DNA of 64,000 nucleotides from Escherichia coli (GTDB lineage Bacteria; Pseudomonadota; Gammaproteobacteria; Enterobacterales; Enterobacteriaceae): NCBI RefSeq assembly GCF_044647545.1, contig NZ_CP172818.1; one strand, 5' to 3'. Shown piece by piece: positions 58,588 to 64,000 of this stretch (position 1 is its first letter; each line of letters starts with the position of its first letter). The notes under the pieces were generated by a model. It saw only the letters and a program-made list of their open reading frames with translations, ran no database searches and was not told where the DNA came from. The position numbers and the translations under genes were made by a program.

Positions 58588-59739
58588 TTACAGCATCTCA
58601 ATAAAGGCCGCGACACGGGTACTGAGCTGCCCGACATCCGAGGTGGAGTAGTCTGTTTCAATAGCGATATAAGGAATGTTGTGCTGCTGGCGCACATGAC
58701 GTTTAATCGCCAGCGATTCCACCGCGTAGGTATGGCACGCCTGCAAAATCACATCAACTACGCCATCGACCTGATATTCCTCCACCATCTGGCTGAGCAT
58801 TTTCAGGCGCTGATCGTTCGGCGAAACACAGGAGCAGCCAATCGCCAGATATTTATCCGCCAGCGCGTCGTAGACATCGCCCGTTTCTGCCACGCATTGC
58901 TCGGTCGCTTTCGCCCCGGTGCAGTTTTCATAACCGACAACCCAGCCGCCATTCTCTTCAATCGCGCGCACCACTTTTTCTGCTGCGCCGCCAATCGGGC
59001 AGCCGGTGATTAAAATGCGCGGACGCGGGTCCAGTCGCTGGCCTTCTTCCCACTGCTGACGAACGCGGGCGGTCATTGCATCCAGTTCATTGATCAACGC
59101 CTCTTTATCGAACCGGAAGGTTGCGCCGTAAACCACTTTCAGAATGTCGCTGCCGCTAAGCGCCGGAGGATTTAACTGCCCAAGATGATAAAAATTAGCC
59201 AGTGCGCGACGTTCGCGGTTTTTCAGCGCAATGGCATCGCGCAGAGCATCTTCGCTAATCTCGTGCCCAAAACGTTCTTCTACCGTTTTTTGCAAGCGCA
59301 GCATCTCGGCTTTCCATAACGCACGCGAGGCATCGTCCTTAACGCTGTTGGGCAATTGCATCACATGAACAGGCTTAAACTCCGCCATGTATTCATACAT
59401 TTTCTTTTTGCCGTCGCAGGTGGTTTCACCGACCACCAGATCCGAAAAGTAGAAGTAGGGGCATTTATCGGTTTTGCCGAAGCCGTAGCTGCTTTTAATC
59501 AGCGGGCAGAGGTTGCGCGGCAGATCTTTCTCCGCTTCTTCAATGGTTTCATCAGAGGTGGAACAGAGCGAAACCACAACCGCACCGGCTGCCATCGGGA
59601 TCTCTTGCGGCATAAAGGTGCAGTAAGTGCCAACCAGCGGAATGCCGCGCTCCTTGAGATCCATGACGGTGAGAAAGCCTGTCTGGCGAGCTTCAGAGAA
59701 CTGATCGAAAATGGCGGGTAGATCGGTGACAAGTGACAT
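58588..59739 (-). CDS. yjiM: 2-hydroxyacyl-CoA dehydratase (HgdB/HadC)-like component
   Basis: 383-aa product MSLVTDLPAIFDQFSEARQTGFLTVMDLKERGIPLVGTYCTFMPQEI...; 3 bp upstream of yjiL; start trimmed from ORF track 59760. Confidence 0.85.
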   Translation of the reverse strand: MSLVTDLPAIFDQFSEARQTGFLTVMDLKERGIPLVGTYCTFMPQEIPMAAGAVVVSLCSTSDETIEEAEKDLPRNLCPLIKSSYGFGKTDKCPYFYFSDLVVGETTCDGKKKMYEYMAEFKPVHVMQLPNSVKDDASRALWKAEMLRLQKTVEERFGHEISEDALRDAIALKNRERRALANFYHLGQLNPPALSGSDILKVVYGATFRFDKEALINELDAMTARVRQQWEEGQRLDPRPRILITGCPIGGAAEKVVRAIEENGGWVVGYENCTGAKATEQCVAETGDVYDALADKYLAIGCSCVSPNDQRLKMLSQMVEEYQVDGVVDVILQACHTYAVESLAIKRHVRQQHNIPYIAIETDYSTSDVGQLSTRVAAFIEML

Positions 59740-59854
59740 GATTTTCCTTCCCCGTACCACGGGAGATAATGAAAAGAGGCCACATTATTACCATTCTTTT
59801 AGTATGGTTTATTTGATCTCTCTCGCGGTTAGCCACTTAGTTTTTCATGGATTT

Positions 59855-61135
59855 CTAAAAATTGCCGAGGGGGAACAAGGCCGGGAGCTGCGACAGCAAA
59901 TATAAAATTAGCCCAATACAACCGCCAACCAGCGTACCGTTGACACGAATAAACTGCAGATCTTTGCCGATATTTAACTCTATTTGCCGCGACATATCCC
60001 GCGCATCCCAGCTTTTTACCGTATCGCTGATGTGGCGCGTCAGGAATGCGGAAAACTCAGGCGCGACGCGGTGCGCGGCTTGTTCAAGATGACCATTTAA
60101 CGACGCCCGCAAGGCATCATCGGCAATTAACGTTTCGCCAAACCATTGACCCGCTCGTGCGATGCGTTCTTTCACACGAGAATCTTCACTGTTGATATCC
60201 ACTTTCAGCCATTCCCGTAAATCCCCCCACAATTCACTGAGATAGCGATTAAAAGCTTCATCTTCTTTCAGATAGCTTTTTACGGCATCGGCTCGCGCTG
60301 CCATTTCCGGATCGTTTTTCAGCTTGTCGATCAGGGCGAAGGTGGCGCGATCAAACGCATGGCGGATCTGATGCGCACGATCGCGACTAATATCATCAAG
60401 CAAAGAATTCACCGCGTCAGAAACCAACTCCGCGCTATGTTCGCCCAACCATTCGGTGGGGAGAATTTTGGCTTTCAGTGGATGCTCGCTCTCCAGCCAG
60501 CGAACAATTTGCTGGGCGATAAACTTGCGCGATTTATCGCGCTGGAGAAGGGCGATCAACTGTGCGATCAGCGTATCCAGCAGCACCTGATGACGATCGT
60601 TTTTGGTCATACTCTCCAGCATCAACGCACTGGTGCCGGAAAGATCGACCTTATCAATCGCCCGATGGACCGCGCGCTTAAGCAGGCGCTGAATACGCGC
60701 ATCATCGGTAAGTTCGAGAAAACCGCTCATGATCTGCAACAGATGCTGACCAACGCGGCGGGCGTTTTCTGGCTGGCTAAACCAGTTGCCAATCAGCAAC
60801 GCCGGTTCGTGGCGTCGAATCAATGCCACCAGGGATTGAGTATCAAGAAATTTTTCCTGCACGAACTGGCCGAGATTTTCGCCAATCCGGTCTTTATTAC
60901 GCGGGATAATCGCCGTATGGCGAGAAATGATCGGAATCGGCACGCGGCGAAACAGCGCCACCACCGCAAACCAGTCCGCCAGCGCGCCGACCATCGCCGC
61001 TTCAGCAATCGCCTTCACGCCGCTCACCCAAAAATTGGGCGGCAAAAACAGCGTAACGACAAAGGTAGCAGCGGCGATAAGCAGTAAAGAGAGCGCCAAC
61101 ATTTTGGCGCGTCTGAGTTCAATGAGTTTATTCAT
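59855..61135 (-). CDS. yjiN: DUF445-family membrane protein
   Basis: 426-aa product [64 protein letters not shown]... Confidence 0.85.
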   Translation of the reverse strand: MNKLIELRRAKMLALSLLLIAAATFVVTLFLPPNFWVSGVKAIAEAAMVGALADWFAVVALFRRVPIPIISRHTAIIPRNKDRIGENLGQFVQEKFLDTQSLVALIRRHEPALLIGNWFSQPENARRVGQHLLQIMSGFLELTDDARIQRLLKRAVHRAIDKVDLSGTSALMLESMTKNDRHQVLLDTLIAQLIALLQRDKSRKFIAQQIVRWLESEHPLKAKILPTEWLGEHSAELVSDAVNSLLDDISRDRAHQIRHAFDRATFALIDKLKNDPEMAARADAVKSYLKEDEAFNRYLSELWGDLREWLKVDINSEDSRVKERIARAGQWFGETLIADDALRASLNGHLEQAAHRVAPEFSAFLTRHISDTVKSWDARDMSRQIELNIGKDLQFIRVNGTLVGGCIGLILYLLSQLPALFPLGNF

Positions 61136-61175
61136 AACGTTAAGAATAGAGCCTGACGGCAGGATCGCGCAAAAA

Positions 61176-62377
61176 TCACTGCTCCTCTGCCAGCTCGGCA
61201 GCCTGATGTTGGCGCACGCGATTAAGCAATCCCGCCAGGGTGAAAACGACGATAACGCCCGCCACGACGGCTAACAGATGAAACGGCAAGCGACCGCCGT
61301 TAAACCACAGCCACCGGCCGATTTCGACCGAGACAGACATCACCATCAGGATCACCATATTCAGCGATGCGGAGACGGTCCCTTTCGGTAAGTTATTGGA
61401 AAACAGCGTAAAGCGGAATAAGGTCGGGAAGATCAAACCAATCCCGAAAGCATACAAACTGGTGCCCAGCACCGACCACAGCCATACGTGCGGTGACAGC
61501 AGATTGCCGATAATCAACAGCGCGAGGCCAACCAGTTGAATGGGTACGGCACGCCAGATAAAGCGCGGTTCGGTCGGATCTTTAACGAAACGCGCCACGA
61601 TGGCATTCGCGACAATCACCGCGCCGAACACCGGAACCTGTGTCCAGGCGAACTGCGAGGTCGTTAAGCCGCCTGCGTCAATCAGGATCACCGGCGAGAC
61701 AGCCACCCAACTCATCATTGGGATATAGCTTAAAGAGATGGTTGCTGCACCAAAGAGGAACTGCCGATTGCAAAAGACATTACGAAAATCGCGCAAGACG
61801 CTTTTGGCGCTAAATGAAACCGCGCCGCGCTTCACCGTCTCTGGCATCGCCAGCAGTAAGCCAACAAATGAGATAAAACCCATAATCGCAATGATGGCAA
61901 AAAGGACTTTCCAGTGTACAAAGTGCATCAGAGCTGCGCCGGAAAGCGGGCCGATAATCGGCGCAATCAGTACGATGGAGGTGATAATCGCCATCAACCT
62001 GATCCCTTTTGTCTGGCCGAACGCCTCCTGCACCGTGACATAACCAACGGTGGCAATAAAACAGATACTGGTGCCCTGAATTGCACGCGCGATAAGAAAC
62101 TGTGTCATAGACGTTGTGAACATTGTCGCAGCGCAGGCAAGGGTAAATATTAGCGCCCCGGTAATCAGCACCGGCCTGCGGCCAATCCTGTCGGAAAGCG
62201 GCCCCAGCAGCCACTGTAACGCCATACCGCCCGCGAGATAGAGACTGACGGCTGCCGGGGCCAGACTGACATCGGCATTAAAATCACGGACCACATTAAT
62301 GATCCCCGGCTGAATCAGGTCCGTCGACAGGTACGCGGCAAAATCATACAAAATCAACGCCATCGGGAAAAACAGCG
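61176..62377 (-). CDS. mdtM: multidrug efflux MFS transporter; 5' end (about the first 9 codons) replaced by the low-complexity block
   Basis: Product from ...[43 protein letters not shown]... matches MdtM; the native N-terminus (MPRFFTRHAAT as I recall) is missing and the reading frame runs into poly-G sequence. Confidence 0.8.
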
Positions 62378-63200
<823 letters not shown>

Positions 63201-63332
63201 GGGGGAGGACGCTGGTGCACTAATGACGAAACAAAGGAGGGGTTCTTCACGTTTGTGAAGGTGCCGAAACTGGATATGGACTATTGAGTGAAATGTCAGG
63301 CCGCAGATGCGGCGCCATCATCCGGCCCAAAA

Positions 63333-64000
63333 TTACTTCCTCAACCCCGCAAACGCTGCCCGAATCTCTTCCTCCGGCAACTGAATCCCGATAAACACCA
63401 TCGTGCTATGCGGTTTTTCATCGCCCCACGGGCGGTCCCAGTCGGCGCTGTAGAGGCGTTGGACGCCCTGGAATAGCAGGCGGTTAGGTTCGCCGTCAAT
63501 CCATAGCATCCCTTTGTAACGCAGTAGTTTATCCGCCGACTCCAGCAGCAGGTTTTCCATCACCCGGGAAACTTCGCTGATATCTACCGGGTAATCCAGT
63601 TCCACCACAATCGACGAAATATCGTTTTGTTTGTCCGCGATAAAGTGGAAACGCGGTTTGGTGCTGACGACGTTTTCTTCCAGCATAAAACCGTTGGTGT
63701 TGAACAGAAGGCCCAGGTCGATATCGCCGTGGGTAACGGTGTAGACCGGTGCGCGGGCGTTGATGCGCGCCAGGCGTTCACGCAGTTTCTCTGCTTCGCC
63801 TGCGACGTCGGTTTTCGTCAGCAGAATACGGTCGGCGTAGCCAACCTGGGACTGGGCGATGGTGAACTGGTTCATCTGCTCATCGGCATGTACCGCATCC
63901 ACCAGCGCAATCACGCCGTCCAGCAGGTAGCGCTGGCATAAAATCTCATGGGAGAAAAAGGTCTGAATAATCGGGCCGGGATCGGCCATGCCGGTGCATT
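63333..64000 (-). CDS. yjiA: COG0523 (CobW/YjiA) GTPase, C-terminal portion; gene continues past window end
   Basis: Frame reads ...IVELDYPVDISEVSRVMENLLLESADKLLRYKGMLWIDGEPNRLLFQGVQRLYSADWDRPWGDEKPHSTMVFIGIQLPEEEIRAAFAGLRK*. Confidence 0.85.
   Translation of the reverse strand, partial: CTGMADPGPIIQTFFSHEILCQRYLLDGVIALVDAVHADEQMNQFTIAQSQVGYADRILLTKTDVAGEAEKLRERLARINARAPVYTVTHGDIDLGLLFNTNGFMLEENVVSTKPRFHFIADKQNDISSIVVELDYPVDISEVSRVMENLLLESADKLLRYKGMLWIDGEPNRLLFQGVQRLYSADWDRPWGDEKPHSTMVFIGIQLPEEEIRAAFAGLRK

Overview
This window reads as an Escherichia coli K-12-like chromosomal segment running from yjgR/ahr and the leuX tRNA, through the P4-type integrase island (KpLE2 in K-12), to yjiA. Gene calls are by protein-sequence recognition from memory, not by search. 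Recognisable content, in order: yjgR', ahr, leuX, a truncated intB, an IS66-family remnant, IS4, nanXY (yjhBC), yjhE', a nested IS911/IS30/IS600 composite, fecEDCBA-fecR-fecI, IS1, yjhU-yjhF-yjhG-yjhH-yjhI, the sgc cluster, yjhY', yjhP-yjhQ-topAI, yjhR, nanS-nanM-nanC, a 3' fragment of fimH, gntP, uxuA-uxuB-uxuR, yjiC, iraD, hypT, iadA, yjiG, yjiH, kptA, yjiJ, yjiK, yjiL, yjiM, yjiN, mdtM and yjiA'. The most striking thing is not a new system but three GC-rich homopolymer-laden blocks (about 2211-2822, 42888-43550 and 62378-63200) with G or C runs of tens to over 100 nt. They sit where I recall K-12 carrying IS2 after intB, the fim operon, and the mcrBC-hsdRMS-mrr region, and two of them keep garbled echoes of IS2 and IS1. 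I judge them most likely non-biological (assembly, synthesis or generation artefact) and treat every ORF inside them as spurious. I found no convincing complete novel system. The best candidates for a second look are the yjhR helicase plus HKD-nuclease fragment, the yjiL-yjiM operon with a small coupled ORF, the topAI-yjhQ-yjhP module, and the IS nest.
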